A stretch of DNA of 64,000 nt, from contig NC_092371.1 of assembly GCF_030028105.1 (NCBI RefSeq), positions 215,138,031 to 215,202,030 of the forward strand, read 5' to 3'. The notes under the pieces were generated by a model. That model did no database searches, had not been told where the DNA came from, and was given only the letters and a program-made list of their open reading frames with translations. Below, piece after piece: positions 26,432 through 38,715 of this stretch. The stretch comes from Mobula birostris (lineage: Eukaryota). The stretch's first letter is position 1, and each line of letters begins with the position of its first letter. A program made the translations under genes and the position numbers.

Positions 26432-26582
26432 TAACAAGAAAAAATCTGCAGATGCTGGAAATCTGAGCAACAAACACACAAAATGCTAGAGCAACTCAGC
26501 AGGCCAGGTAGCATCCATGGAAAAAAGTACAGTCGACATTTCAGGCTGAAACCCTTCAGCAGGACTGCTGAGTTCCACAGCA
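26432..26582 (-). mobile_element. PLE terminus with a mutated HHR and a very short inverted arm
   Basis: tctgcagatgctggaaatc...cagtcgacatttcaggctgaaacccttcagcaggact, then gctgagttcc.cagca. Confidence 0.75.
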
Positions 26583-27014
26583 GGAAATTCGAGGTCTTCC
26601 CAGATCGATACAATTAAGTATAAGTTTACAGAGTAATTGTGCTGCATTTCCAGAAAATTACAGATGAAAAGAGAAATTAAACAGAGCAGTTACAGCAAAA
26701 GCTCTCAAAAGAAAAATTAGAGTACATGTCTGGCATTGGCATTTGTCAAGTTAGTCATCATTTCAGAGAGATGATAAATAATTATGTGAAGAGGATATAA
26801 TAAGGGTTGATAAATTATTTGAAATGTTGTAGGTGGTTTGGTATGATCAAAATTAAATATAACACCCCCAGTAAAAATTTGGATCACTAATCAGAAACAA
26901 ATTAGAGTTAGTTAGTGCTGCATACATTCATGTACCAAGTATACATTGAATTGGGAGAAGGATTGATAGGCAGTGTTACCATCAGTTATGTTCTCAATAA
27001 ATGAATAATTGGTG

Positions 27015-27708
27015 CAACACACACAAAATGCTGAAGGAACTCAGCAAGTCAGGCAGCTTCTACAGAGAAGAATACACAGTTGGCATTTTAGACTGAGATC
27101 CTTCATCAGAACTAAAAAGAGATCAGAATCCAGAATAAAAGTTTGGGGGGGGGGGGTGGTGGTGAGGAGGAGGAGTACAAGCTGGCTGGTAATAGATGGG
27201 ACTAGGTGAGGGGAAAGGTAGCTGGGTGGAAGATGGGGGATGAGATGTTGTAAGATACTGGGAGAAGATAGGTGGAAAAGATAAAGGCCTGAAGAAGAAG
27301 GAATCTGATAGAAGACAGTGGACCATGGAAGAAAGATAACGAGCAGTGAAACCATATAGAGGTAATGGACACCAGAGAAGAGGAAGAAGGGTGAGAGAAT
27401 CAGAATGGAAATTAGAAAGAGACGGGAGGGAGAGGAGAGATTACCATAAATTGAAGAAATCGATGTTCATTCCATCAGGTTGGAGATCACCCAGATAGAA
27501 TACGAGATGTTGCTCCTCCAGCCTGTTAACTTCGATTTCTCCAACTTCTGGAAACCTCTCCCCCTTCCCTCTTTTATATTCTCCACTCTGGTTATTCTGT
27601 CACTCCTTTTCGTCTTGGCCCATAGATGCTCCCTGACTTGCTGAGTTCCTCCAGCATTTTGTATGTGTTGGCAAAGATTTCTGACAAATGCAAAATCTCT
27701 TGTGTGTT
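27015..27708. mobile_element. Older fold-back PLE insertion
   Basis: Inverted ends caacacacacaaaatgctg / cagcattttgtatgtgttg plus tail. GIY-YIG C-terminal remnant at about 27450-27520. Confidence 0.75.
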
Positions 27709-27839
27709 AACAAGAGCTGCAGGTCATTGACCTTTGGGTCCTACAGGAGAATGAGGTGTTACAGGGAGGTAGTCACCAATAATTTGCAGGAGGCAAGTAC
27801 TGGATAATTCAGGAGAGAGAAACTGAATAGGCAGCAAAT

Positions 27840-30800
27840 GCGGAGTACTTTTGTGGCTGTTCAACAGGTATACTGCTTTGGATACTGGGAGATTGTCTCA
27901 GATATTGCACTTGCAATGCCGAGACTCTGGACAGTGGACAGTGATAATGTAAGTTACCCAAGGCATTTTACCTTCATCTGTTGGAGTGACATGGGAGCTG
28001 TGTAGCCTCAGTTGTAGTGAAAACCACACTTCAAGCCTCAAGCTTGCTTGCAGTTACAGACCAGGTGAGTGACACAAAAATGCTACAGCCTGGTGAGTTC
28101 AGCTGGGGCCTGGCCTCTCCCATTGGGGGGTGTCCTCCTATGTTCGAGCGGTGGAATGACAGGCTGGATTCCGTGCGTCTTCGCACAGCTGGGAGACCGT
28201 ACCATTGATTGCTGGGCATTGTCACCTAGGTCTTGGACCATATATGTTATTTTTCAAGTGAATATACTTCTTTGCTTGATATTTTTAATTACGTTACTTG
28301 TTCTTTTTTAATGTTTGCTTGCTATTTTGAATGCTTTGCACCTTGGCTCCAGAGTAACCCTGTCTCATTCAGCTGTATAGTTTGAATGATCATTAAACTT
28401 GATCTGATTTGATACTTTTATGGGAAAGACAACCTCTCAGAAGGAAACTGCAGCAACCGACTCTCTAGGGGCATTCTAAAGAGGAATGGAGAGCAGCCAG
28501 AAGTTGTGGTACACATTGGTTCAAAAGACATAGGTAGGAAAAGGGGATAGTGCTGAAGAGAGAGTATAGGGAGTTAGGTAGAAAGCTGAAAAGCAGGACC
28601 TGTAGGGTAGTAATCACTGGATTGCTGCCAGAGAGGGTAAGAAGTGGGTGATCTGGCATGTGAGTGCGTGGCTGAGGAATTGGTGCAGGGAGTAGGGTTT
28701 CAGATTTCTAGATCATTGGGACCTCTTTCAGGTAAGGTATGAACGAGTTGCAGCTGAACCCGACAGGGAACCAATATCCTCACGGGCAATTTCCTAGCAC
28801 TGTTTGCAGGGTTTAGACTAACTTGGCATGGGGATGGGAACCAGGGTGATAAAGCTGAGGATGGGGCAGTTACTTTCCAAGTCAATGCAATGTGTAGTGA
28901 GACTGTGAGGACGGACAGGCAGATGACAGGCACAATTGCAGTCAGTGGGATGAGTTGAATTGAAACATGAGGGCAAAATTGAAAAGGGTGATGAATACTT
29001 GACTGTAGGTGCTATATGTGAATGCACACAGTATACGGACTAAGACAGATGATCTTGTAGCGCAATTATAGAATTGCAGGGATGATGTTGTGGGCATCAC
29101 TGAGTTGTGGCTGAAAGAAGATCATAATTGGGAGCCAAGGATAAACATTGTATTGAAAAGACAGGCAGGTAGGCAAAGGTGGGGGGGGGGGGTGGCTCTG
29201 TTGGTTAAAAAAAAACATGAAATCAAATTCATAGAAAGAGTTGACATAGAATTGGAAGATATAGAATACTTCTGGGTAGAGTTAAGAAACTGCAAGGGTA
29301 AAAAGACCCAAATGGGTATTATATACAGGCCTCCGAACAGTAGCCAGGATGTGGAATCCAATTTGTAAAGGAAATAGAAAAGGCATGTAAAAAGGGCAAT
29401 ATTACAAAAGTCATGGGGGGGGGGGGATTCCCATATGTAAATAGATTGGGAAAATTAGGTTGGTGCTGAATTCCAAGAGACGGGGTTTGTAGAATGCATA
29501 CGAGATGGCATTTGGTTGAGCCCACTAGGGGAAAGGTAATTCTGGTTTGGGTGTTGTGTAATGAACCAGATTTAATAAAGGAGCTTGACATAAACAAACT
29601 CTTAGGTAGCAGTGATCATAATATGATAGAAATCACCCTGCAGTTTGAGATAGAGAAGATAAAGTCAGGTGTATCAGTACTACAGTGTAGTAAAGAGAAT
29701 TAGAGGTGTGACAGAGGAGCTGGTCAAAGTTGATTTGGAAGGGGACACTAGCAGAGATGATGGCAGAACAGCAATGGCTGGAGTTTCTTGGGGAAATTTG
29801 GAAAATGCAGGATAGATCCATCCCAAACATGAAGAGGTATTCTAAAGAGAGGATGAGTTAACTGTAGCTGACAAGGGAAGTCAAAGACGGCATTAAAAGG
29901 AAAAGAGAGAGCATATATTAGAGCAAAATTTGGTGGGAAGTTAGAGGATCTGGAAGCTTTTAAAAACAAATAGAAGGCAACTAAATAAAAATTTATAAGG
30001 AGAGAAAAGATGAAGTATGGTTAGCAAGCCAGTAATATCAAAGAGGATACAAAAATTGTTTTGCAGATATACAGTAAGAGACATGAGTAGATATTGGGCC
30101 ACTGGAGAGGTGGTAATGGGCGGCAAAAAAATGGAGAATGAACTTTATATTTTGTATCTGTCTTTACTGTGAAAGAGACTAGCAGTATGCCAGAAATTTG
30201 AGTGCATCGGGGCAGAAGTGAGTGTACTTGCTGTAACAAAGAAAATGCTTGGGAAGCTGAAAGGTCTGAAAGTAGGTAAGTCACCTGGATCAGATGGACT
30301 ACACCCCAGAGTTCTGAAAGAGATAGCAGGAGAAATTGTGCAGGCGTTAGTGATTATCTTTCAAGAATCACTGGATTCCAGAATGGCTCCTTGAGGACTG
30401 GAAAATTGTAAATGTCACTCCCCTCTTCAAAAAAGGAAGGAGACAGAAGAAAGAAAATTATAGTCGCAGCACGCTGGAGGAACTCAGCAGGTCGGGTAGC
30501 ATCAGTGGAAACGATGAGTCAACTTTTCGGGCTGGAACGTCCTGACAAAGGGTTCCGGCCCGAAACGTTGACTCATCGTTTCCACTGATGCTGCCCGACC
30601 GAACTCAGCGTGCTGTGAGTGTTGCTTTGATCCCAGCATCTGCAGATTATTTTGTGTTAGTCTGACTTCAGTGGGTGGGAAAATGTTGAGTCCATTATGT
30701 ATGAGGTTTCAGGGTACTTGGAAGTACATGATAAAATAGGCCAAAATCAGAATGGTTTCCTTAAAGGGAAATCTTGCCTGTTGAATTCTTTGAGGAAATA

Positions 30801-31870
30801 ACAGGCAGGATAAACAAAGGAGAGTCAGTAATCTTGTTTACTTGGATTTTCAGAAGGCCTTTGGCAGCTTAGCAAGGTAAGAGCCCACGATGTTACAGGG
30901 AAGATACTAGCTATTAGTAATCAGTGTTCTACAAGGGTCGGTGTTGGGACTGCTTCTTTTCACGTCATGTCAATGATTTGGATGACAGAATTGATGGCTT
31001 TTTGGATGACACAAAGATAGGTGGAGGGGTAGGTAGTGTTGAATAAGCAGAGAGTTTGCAGAAGGACTTGAGACAGATTGGGAGAATGGGCAAAGAGTGG
31101 TAGATGGAATATAGTGTAGCGAAGTGCATGGTCATGAAGTTTGTTAGAAAGAATAAAGGTGTAGACTATTTTCTAAACAGGGAGAAAATTCAAAAATTAG
31201 AGGTGAAAGGGACTTGGGAGTTCTTGTGTGGGATTCCTTAAAGGTTAACTTGCAGATTGAGTTGGTGGTAAGGAAGGCAAATGGAATGTTAGCATTCATT
31301 TTGAGAGGACTAGAATATGAGAGCAATGATGTAATGCTGAGGCTTTATAAGGTATTGGTCAGACCGCACTTTAAATATCGTGAGCAGTTTTGGGCCCCTT
31401 ATTTAAGAAAATGTGTGCTGGAATTGGATAGGATCAAGAGGAGGTTCACGAGAATTATTTTGGGGGTGAAATGGTTAATGTATGAGGAGCATTTGATGGT
31501 TCAGGGCCTGCACTCACTGGAATTTAGAAGAATGACAGGGGATCTTATTGAAACCTACTGAATATTGTAAAGCCAGACATAAACTGGAAGAGGAGAGGAT
31601 ATTTCCTATAGTGAGTGAGTCTAGGCCCAAAGGGTATTGTCTCAGATTAAAGGAACCTCCATTTAGCACAAACACTAAGGTGAATTTATTTAGCCATATG
31701 TTAGTGAATTTGTGGAATTGAGTCTATTTAAAGCTGAGGATGATAGGTCCTTGATTTGTCAAGGCGTAAAGGCTACAGGAAGAAAGCAGGAGAATGGGGT
31801 TTGAGAAGAATAATAAAGCAGCCATGATGGACTGGTGAAGCAGACTTGATGCGCCAAATGCCCCAATTCT
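27840..31870 (+). mobile_element. Long degenerate CR1 LINE (ORF1 remnants, APE endonuclease, RT, 3' tail), interrupted at about 28020-28415 and 30464-30657
   Basis: VGITELWL, GGGVALLV, GIIYRPPNS, LGSSDHNMI (APE). KSPGSDGLHPRVLKE, DDTKIGG, KANGMLAFILRGLEY (RT and C-terminus). Confidence 0.9.
30464..30657. mobile_element. About 190-bp fold-back PLE mini-element inside CR1
   Basis: gcagcacgctg...gaaacgatgagtcaac and gttgactcatcgtttc...cagcgtgctgt are inverted. HHR-like gtcctgacaaagggttccggcccgaaacgttgac at 30539-30572. Confidence 0.85.
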
Positions 31871-32826
31871 GCTTCTATGTCTTATGGTCCAAGTCACAGG
31901 ATATGTCATATTACAATACACCATTAACACAATGTACCTATGCCTCTGAACCCTATGTTTCTCTACCTCTTTTGGATACGTTCTCTATGGCACGTACATA
32001 TAGGATATCTCTAGAGGTGGATGGTTCTGATTACGTGAAGAGAGTTGAGATACTGCAACGGATAAACTGAGAGATGTTTAAAATGATTAAGTATTTTGAT
32101 AGTGAGGGAGGAAATGTTTCTCATTTGGAGAAGTCAGCAACTAAAATGTTAAAATTACCACGCAGGGAATGAGGAGAAAAGTTGGGAGAAATATGTATAA
32201 TGACATAGATTACAATCACTCATCTTTAGCCAGAAGCACACATCTCAAATGCAATTATGACTATAAACCAAGGAGAATGCAAAGTTTTGTAGTGGACTAG
32301 CACTGTGGGAGTTTTGTAAAATGCTCAATAAACAGCTGGTCCAGACCCAATGACTGATTGGGTTCTGTATTAATATGGTATTTATAACCTACTGTAACAA
32401 ATATTTAAAAAATTGTGAACAGTTAATTGAAATGTACATTATACAAACATGTTTATGGTGTATTTAAGGTACTTATCTACCAGTACCTGTGCATTTTTAA
32501 AACGCTGAGTCCATCTTACATCTATTACACCTTAATATTAATTTTCCTGTATTTTAGTAAATAATCGTTTTACATTACTTCAGAGATTTAAAATTGTGTT
32601 TCCTTTCTTTTTGTCAAGCCATATATATGTACTATTTCAATATGGCCATTATAAGGACGGAATCAGAACACGATTCTTGGAATGTCACATCATTAAGTGA
32701 CTGCTTTAAAAGGCTCAGCATTAAAACCGTTATCGGCGTCAGTACACAAAATTACATTATAGAACCACTAACAGTGCAACGAGGGCATCGAAAAGGGTGA
32801 GATTTTACTGACACAACCCAGTACGA

Positions 32827-33627
32827 TCAGTCGTTCATCGTCTCTGCTTTCCTATCTATAACGCTCACACACTTGTTGCCTTTGATGTAAAACCGGAGAG
32901 GTTTGCTAACCCACTCCCCTGCATAACCTATACCAATTCGGCTCGTAGAGATTATATCAGTTTCAACAATGGCTTCGGGACCTCGTTCCATCCAGAGACC
33001 CGTGCCCGTGGCCAAGTGCTCCTTGTTAAAGCTCTTGGTGATGTCCAGCGCTTGGCACAGTTTGGAGGGGCCGTTACACAACTGGTGGTCTTTGAGGGGC
33101 TTGCCCCCCGCCCTCCTCCGCTGGCCGCGGAGCCCCCTCATGGCATCGAGTCCCTGCAGAGGCTCCAGCGAGCGCACCAGCACGGCCGCTCCGTCGCCCT
33201 GGCTCGACACGTTGAGGCAGAAGTACACGCCGTAGATCTGGTAAACATACAGCGTGCCCGGGCTCATGAACATCGCCTCATTCCGGAAGCTCCGCCTGCC
33301 GCCGCGGGAGTGCGAGGCCTGGTCCTCCCCGCCCAGGTAAGCCTCGGTCTCCACAATCCTGCCCCTCAGCTCGGTGCCGTCGGCCAACTTCCGCACCATC
33401 ACCTGACCCAGGAACTCCCGGGCCAAAGCCACGCACGGCCGGCTGAAGAAGTCCCACAGGAGCCGGCCGGGGTGTGACAAGCCAGCGGGAAGTTGCTCGG
33501 TGCAGGCCGCGCCATCCTGCAGGGTCTCCGCGACCGCGCCGTCCTCAGCAGCCGCCTGCAGTCCGCTGGATGGCCCACGCCTCCCTGGGCTTGCGGCGTG
33601 CGCCAGCCCCCTTCTCCTCCATGCCAT
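32827..33627 (-). CDS. MPG: DNA-3-methyladenine glycosylase (alkyladenine DNA glycosylase, AAG), single-exon CDS, 266 aa
   Basis: Motifs LAREFLGQ, GRIVETEAYLG, DQASHS, MFMSPGTLYVYQIYGVYFCLN, VLVRSLEP, LCNGPSKLCQAL, RIGIG, PLRFY. First ATG at 33627 in a strong Kozak context (gaaATGG). In-frame TAA at 33669-33667 upstream. Confidence 0.96.
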   Translation of the reverse strand: MAWRRRGLAHAASPGRRGPSSGLQAAAEDGAVAETLQDGAACTEQLPAGLSHPGRLLWDFFSRPCVALAREFLGQVMVRKLADGTELRGRIVETEAYLGGEDQASHSRGGRRSFRNEAMFMSPGTLYVYQIYGVYFCLNVSSQGDGAAVLVRSLEPLQGLDAMRGLRGQRRRAGGKPLKDHQLCNGPSKLCQALDITKSFNKEHLATGTGLWMERGPEAIVETDIISTSRIGIGYAGEWVSKPLRFYIKGNKCVSVIDRKAETMND

Positions 33628-33830
33628 TTCCAGCAGAACCTGCTGCAGCCCGGAATCCTGCGGCACTTAACTCTGCTCACCCTCGGAACAGGAAGTAGGA
33701 GCCAGTCCCGACAAACGACCACTCCGGGCGTCCTAGTTCATCCCCAGCACCTTCACTGGTGTGTCCCAATTCAAACGCTCTGCTGCGGTATCACGGTTTT
33801 GCCTTCGGCCGAGCAAGTTAAAAGAGCTGC
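32970..33830. promoter_or_regulatory. CpG island over the MPG 5' region
   Basis: Very high GC and CpG density. ETS-type CAGGAAGT at 33689-33696, just upstream of the ATG. Confidence 0.75.
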
Positions 33831-33889
33831 AAGGTTCTTGCTATTTTACCGTGTTAAATTACCTACAATCTGTGTGCCCTTCTTTGTCA

Positions 33890-34145
33890 AGCGACTCATC
33901 TAGAAATTCAAATTCCACCGCGGCCGTGATGGAAATTAAATTCAGCAATCAGCGGTTTAAAAAAAAGAGCGACTAACTCTCAGGAATCAAACTCTCCTGA
34001 CTACTGGATTCTGTTCACTGATGCCCCCTAAGGGAGGAAATCTGACATTAGGTGTGAGTCTCCTAGCAGAATGATTGACTCAATTTGGCATCAGCAATGA
34101 ATTCCAGTCAGTGTCCCACAGATCCTCAGAAGTAAATAAAAAAAA
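33890..34145 (+). mobile_element. Elasmobranch-type SINE remnant just upstream of MPG
   Basis: tcaaattccacc...ggaaattaaattca...tctgttcactgatgccccctaagggaggaaatctg, ending aataaaaaaaa. Similar remnant at about 21285-21470. Confidence 0.4.
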
Positions 34146-35727
34146 GGATCAAATTACTCGCCCCGAATGTTTCCCAAAACCAAGCGATTATATTAATACA
34201 GACGATCTCAATTCCTCACATTAGCCCCTCCCCCCGAATTACATCCCCTGAATCCTCACCATATCTGTTGGGTTTTTCAGCCAGTCCATATCCAAAGCTG
34301 CTTCCCGAGTTTTTCTATGTCTTCTGGTCAATTCACCCCAAGCAAATGCTGATCCTGACTACTCTGATATCCGTCTACCCCAAGTGTCCCAACGCCAAGA
34401 GCTTCAAATCGGCTGGGAAAAAAAAAACAAGGCATCAAGCGGTATATTCAAATTGTATAAGGTATATTGAATAATTACAAATGGATGAACCACATAGATT
34501 CATTTCGCTTCTTCACTGCCAATACTGTACTAAACCAAAAATGAATATCTATATACCTCATCAAAGGTTAAAGCACGACGTAGTCCGCACATCTGGGGAT
34601 GCCGCTGGGCAGAACCTAGACAACTCAGGAGCATCTCAGGAAATCAGTAGGAAAAGTCAGCTCTTGGGACAATCTGCTCTTCAACGATGGAAACCGAAAC
34701 AAAACAGCTCATGACATACGGGAAAGTTCTCTATGTTTTCAGATTTAAATTTCCTTGCTCACTATTTCCAGGTACCGTAATTACTGACAGAAATTACGTC
34801 TGCCTGCATAAAAATTGCAAGCACCTGTTAAGAATTCAAAATACCAGCTTCCTAGTACATTTCTGTTCAGTTTTTAAAGCAATCCCGAATTCTGAGCCCT
34901 GGGCCTTGTTTTTCCTATCCCCAGTATTAGAGGCTCTGCAGTATTGTGAGTGTTGTGAATGTCCTCGCAGAACCTGCCTACCCCGGTAAGGCGACTTATT
35001 CAATTCACCTGCTGACCGTTTCCCTCCATGGAGCATTCCGCCTTTCCTAGATGTTAAATTTGGATTGATGGAATAAACCCCTTGTTTCCAAAGCCACGCA
35101 TTACTGCAGTGGGTATGTTATTATGGGGGAGGGGGCCCTGCTGAACACGCCAGTCGTGGCATAAAACAGGGCCTTTGTGTAGGCGTGTTGAGATGTAAAA
35201 AAGCCTTAAGGCATGTGGCATGAGGCAAGAGGCAGCACTGGCAGTACCCTCCTGCACCGGTTGACTCATCACGTCGGAGGATGCCTGTCTGTAGAAAGTC
35301 CGGTGTTCCACTGGCGTTACCGGCTCCAAGTCTTTACGTTGGTGGACGGCCGCGGCGTCCGGTGAAACAGGCATCACCACCACCGGGAATAGATGCATCA
35401 TCACAAGGACGCCTTTCCATCACGTAAATGGGTGGTGGGTAGCAAGCTGGAACCAAGCAGGAGAAGAAATTGAACAAATCGTCTTTACTTCATTTCAACA
35501 AAATACAGTGCTGTATAAAAATACCTATCATCACAGACACCCGTAAAACATTCAGTGGCATAACTACAGGGTCAGTGTGCGGTGGAAAATGTAATGGATA
35601 TGGCCCGAAGTTAGCCAGGGAGTTTGATCATAACGTGGCTCAGTTGAATGTGTCCTATCTGCGATCCATTAAGTCTGAATTCAAATCCACAGTCACGACA
35701 AAATGAAAAGCCCGACACGTTAAGAGG

Positions 35728-35890
35728 ATACACAGAAGGCTGCTGATGCTGGAATCTGAAGCAAAAGAAACGCAATTTATCAGAGCAACTGAGTGCGTCA
35801 GGAACAGTCCGCAGAACATCGACTGTCCACATGCCTCCAGGGATGCTGCCTGACCCGCTGAGTTTCTCCAGCAGTTTGCTTTTATTAAAA
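35728..35890. mobile_element. Small fold-back PLE remnant
   Basis: ctgctgatgctggaatctgaagc... and gatgctgcctgacccgctgagtttctccagca. Confidence 0.6.
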
Positions 35891-36044
35891 ACTGTAGAAA
35901 GAATCCTACTTCTGTAACCGCACTGAGAATAATGAATTGCTGAGTGACATCACGATGTCCCGTAAATTGCCATTCTTTTCTGTAGGGAATATCTGTACAA
36001 TGAAATGTGTAGTTCGTTGTCAATAAATTACCATTGTAACAGTA

Positions 36045-36375
36045 TTGTGCCTTAAATAACAGCGGTCAGCATGAGAAAAAGTGCATACTACGATCTTCAT
36101 AGCTGAACTGGTGCTGTACTTGCCCTCTTCTCAGTAGAGGGGAGGAGGTACAGGAGCCCGAAAACCCACACTTTACCTTTTAGGATCAGATTTGTCCCCT
36201 CTGCCATCAGATTTCCGAATAGTCCGCGAGCCCATGAATACGACCTCGCACTTCTTTTGAAAGTTTTATTCATGTGTTAATTATAACAACTTATAGTAAT
36301 AAGTTTATGTCGTACACTGTGCTGCCACCCCAAGATGTCCCTCCATATATCAGTGATAACAAACTTCATTCTGAT
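36045..36375 (+). mobile_element. Rex1-type LINE 3' end
   Basis: gaggggaggaggtacaggagcc (G.RYRS), ccctctgccatcagattt, gtgataacaaacttcattctgatt tail. Confidence 0.6.
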
Positions 36376-37355
36376 TCGGTTTTTCAGTGTTCAGTTCTGT
36401 TTTTGCAGATGGTTCATATCTCAGGTGTATGCTACACTCGGCTGCACATGTTTGCTTATAATTGGATCTGTCTGTTTGTTTGCCGTTAATCAGAAGGCGA
36501 GGATGCCCCGATATCTTTACTTATACTTAATATTGAAGTATGTGCACTATTATAAATAACACCAAGTATCCGGAAGCAAACGATTCATCGCATTGATTTT
36601 AATGTCTTATTTTTACTATATTTAATGCAGGCAAGTTTTATCGGCATCAGCAAAATTGGAATGTTTTTATTTTGCGCTGCTTGTATTTTGCCAAGTCTTT
36701 GATGGCAGTGAATTCCAAGAAACGCCGGGTTCGGGTGTGGATGTCGAAATACTGAGGTGTAGCTGGGCTGAAAGCCTTCACAGAAACCCGGACAGTTCTG
36801 GCGGGAGATACTTCTGACGCTCACCCAGCGGAATTCGGACGTGGAGGTCGTGTAGCGCCATAATGATTGGAGTTACAGCCCCATGGGCTGCTAAAAAGCC
36901 AGATAAACAGCGAGTTGAGTAATCCAAAAAAAAAACACTTTTGAATAATGTAGAATTTCTTCCCATCAAATCTGGAGACAGTCTAACAAACCCAGTAACT
37001 GGGAATACAGTCGATCGGCTCTGCGGAAAATATTTACTCATTAAAATAGACTTATTTACTTGGTGTTCTTCTATGATTACTCTTTACGATTCATTTGTTC
37101 AGTGTCTCCCTCTCTGGGAAAGTCACTATGTAATATTATCATTTCGTTATTGTAGGTTAAACGGCAGGTTTTATTTGACACAATTTCATGGAAAAATATC
37201 ACAGTTTCACCTGCAGCCTTCAGAAAGTTGAAACTAAATTTATTATCAAAGTACATACATCCATATGTCACCTGAGAGGCATTTTATTGCGAGGATGCAC
37301 AGTAAATACAAAGAAACAGAATAGAAGCAATGAAAACGGACAAACAAAAGACAAC

Positions 37356-37598
37356 GCACACAAAATGCGGGAGGAACAGTCGGGAGATGTCACACAGCAA
37401 CTTTACGTGCGGGAGAAAAGAGTGAACAGTCGACATTTCGAGCCGAGGCTTTTCATCAGGACTTCGTGATGAAGGGTCTCAGCCCGAATCGTCGACTGTT
37501 TACTCTTTTCCACTGATACTGCCTGGCCTGCTGAGTTCCTCCAGTATTTTGTGTGTGTTGCTCGGATTTCCAGCATCTGCAGATTTTCTCGTCTTTGT
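37356..37598. mobile_element. About 240-bp fold-back PLE mini-element with two back-to-back HHR motifs
   Basis: TSD caaacaaaagacaac at 37341-37355 and 37599-37613. HHR (-) 37427-37463 has an intact core; HHR (+) 37465-37498 is mutated. Confidence 0.85.
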
Positions 37599-38715
37599 CA
37601 AACAAAAGACAACAAACGATGCAAATAGAAAAAGAAAAAAAAACGTAATAAATATTAATCGGTAAAGCTAAGACAAATTCAAATAGTAGAACTATCTTCT
37701 AAAGATGAAAATATGAACTTTGGATTGGATAAGTGCAAAACATTAAACATAAGGAAAGGTGCAATAGAGCTAGTAGAGTATAAAATAGAGCAGCAGTATA
37801 CTATGTATACAAGATAGAATACGAAACATAAATATCTTGGATGCTTATCCCAGATAAACTACATAGATCATAGTGCAATAAAGGGATTTACTTCAAGGCT
37901 TAAGAAGATCTGCCGAACGGAGCCCAATAGTAAAAATATAACAAAGGCAACAAATACTTTCGCTATACCCATATTAACGTATACTTTTGGCATAGTATCT
38001 TGGTCTGAAACTGACCTGGAAAATTTACAAAGAAAAATAAGAACTGAAATGACAAATTTTAGAAAGCACTTAGAATAACACTACCTGGGACAGAAAGAGG
38101 AAGAGAAAAAAACAGACAGAAATAATTATACAACAGTCATATAAAAACATATTTTCATCAACAAAAACAGGATTCAGTACCTCACACAAGCATATGCAAT
38201 TCTGATCAGCAATCCTTAGTGGTACACACCAGTAAACTTAAATGAAACTACAACCCCCCAAAATGAAGAAATTATCACTGCAGAAGAAAAAGTTAACCAA
38301 TGGAAGAATCTGACCAAAGGAAGACATCCCCACAATCTGAGCAGACTAGATGTTGACAAGGAAGTGTGAAACGCCTGGCTCAGATTTGGAGTCCTCTTTC
38401 CAGAAACAGAGGGATTCCTTGTGGCAATACAGGACCAGGTGGTTAATACAAAAATATCAAAAATAAAAGACCAACAGATTCAAGACAATAAATGCAGAAA
38501 ATGCCAGAAACAATCCAACATATTAAAGAATTGCACAGCAGTTTAACTCTGATTACTTACACAGGCACAATCAAATGGCAAACATCATTCATCAAAATCT
38601 TGCTTTAAAATACAAACTCCATACCTTACTATAAGTACAAGCCTGATCCAGTTTTAGAGACCCACAAATTATATTACTTCAATCCATAATAACGATCCAT
38701 ATATAATATTACAGG

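Noticed and set aside
30461-30662. tagtc as TSD of the 30464 mini-element
   Set aside because: Too short and partly element-derived; the host CR1 appears to have lost a few bases instead.
32300-32826. Poly(A) remnant or TSD of an MPG retrocopy
   Set aside because: No A-tract, canonical AATAAA or flanking duplication is identifiable.
33628-33666. GTG start extending MPG to 279 aa
   Set aside because: Eukaryotic locus; the first ATG (33627) has a strong Kozak context.
32969-33903. Overlapping ORFs antisense to or out of frame with MPG
   Set aside because: Shadow ORFs expected from high GC/GC3; no recognisable homology.
34925-34985. 61-nt plus-strand exon-like segment (ccccag| ... CCG|gtaagg)
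   Set aside because: Plausible splice sites but no partner exons or coding signal; cannot be supported without RNA data.
35054-35404. 116-aa ORF in CpG-rich unique sequence
   Set aside because: No recognisable domain and no convincing splice context; more likely regulatory (AP-1/CRE-like motifs).
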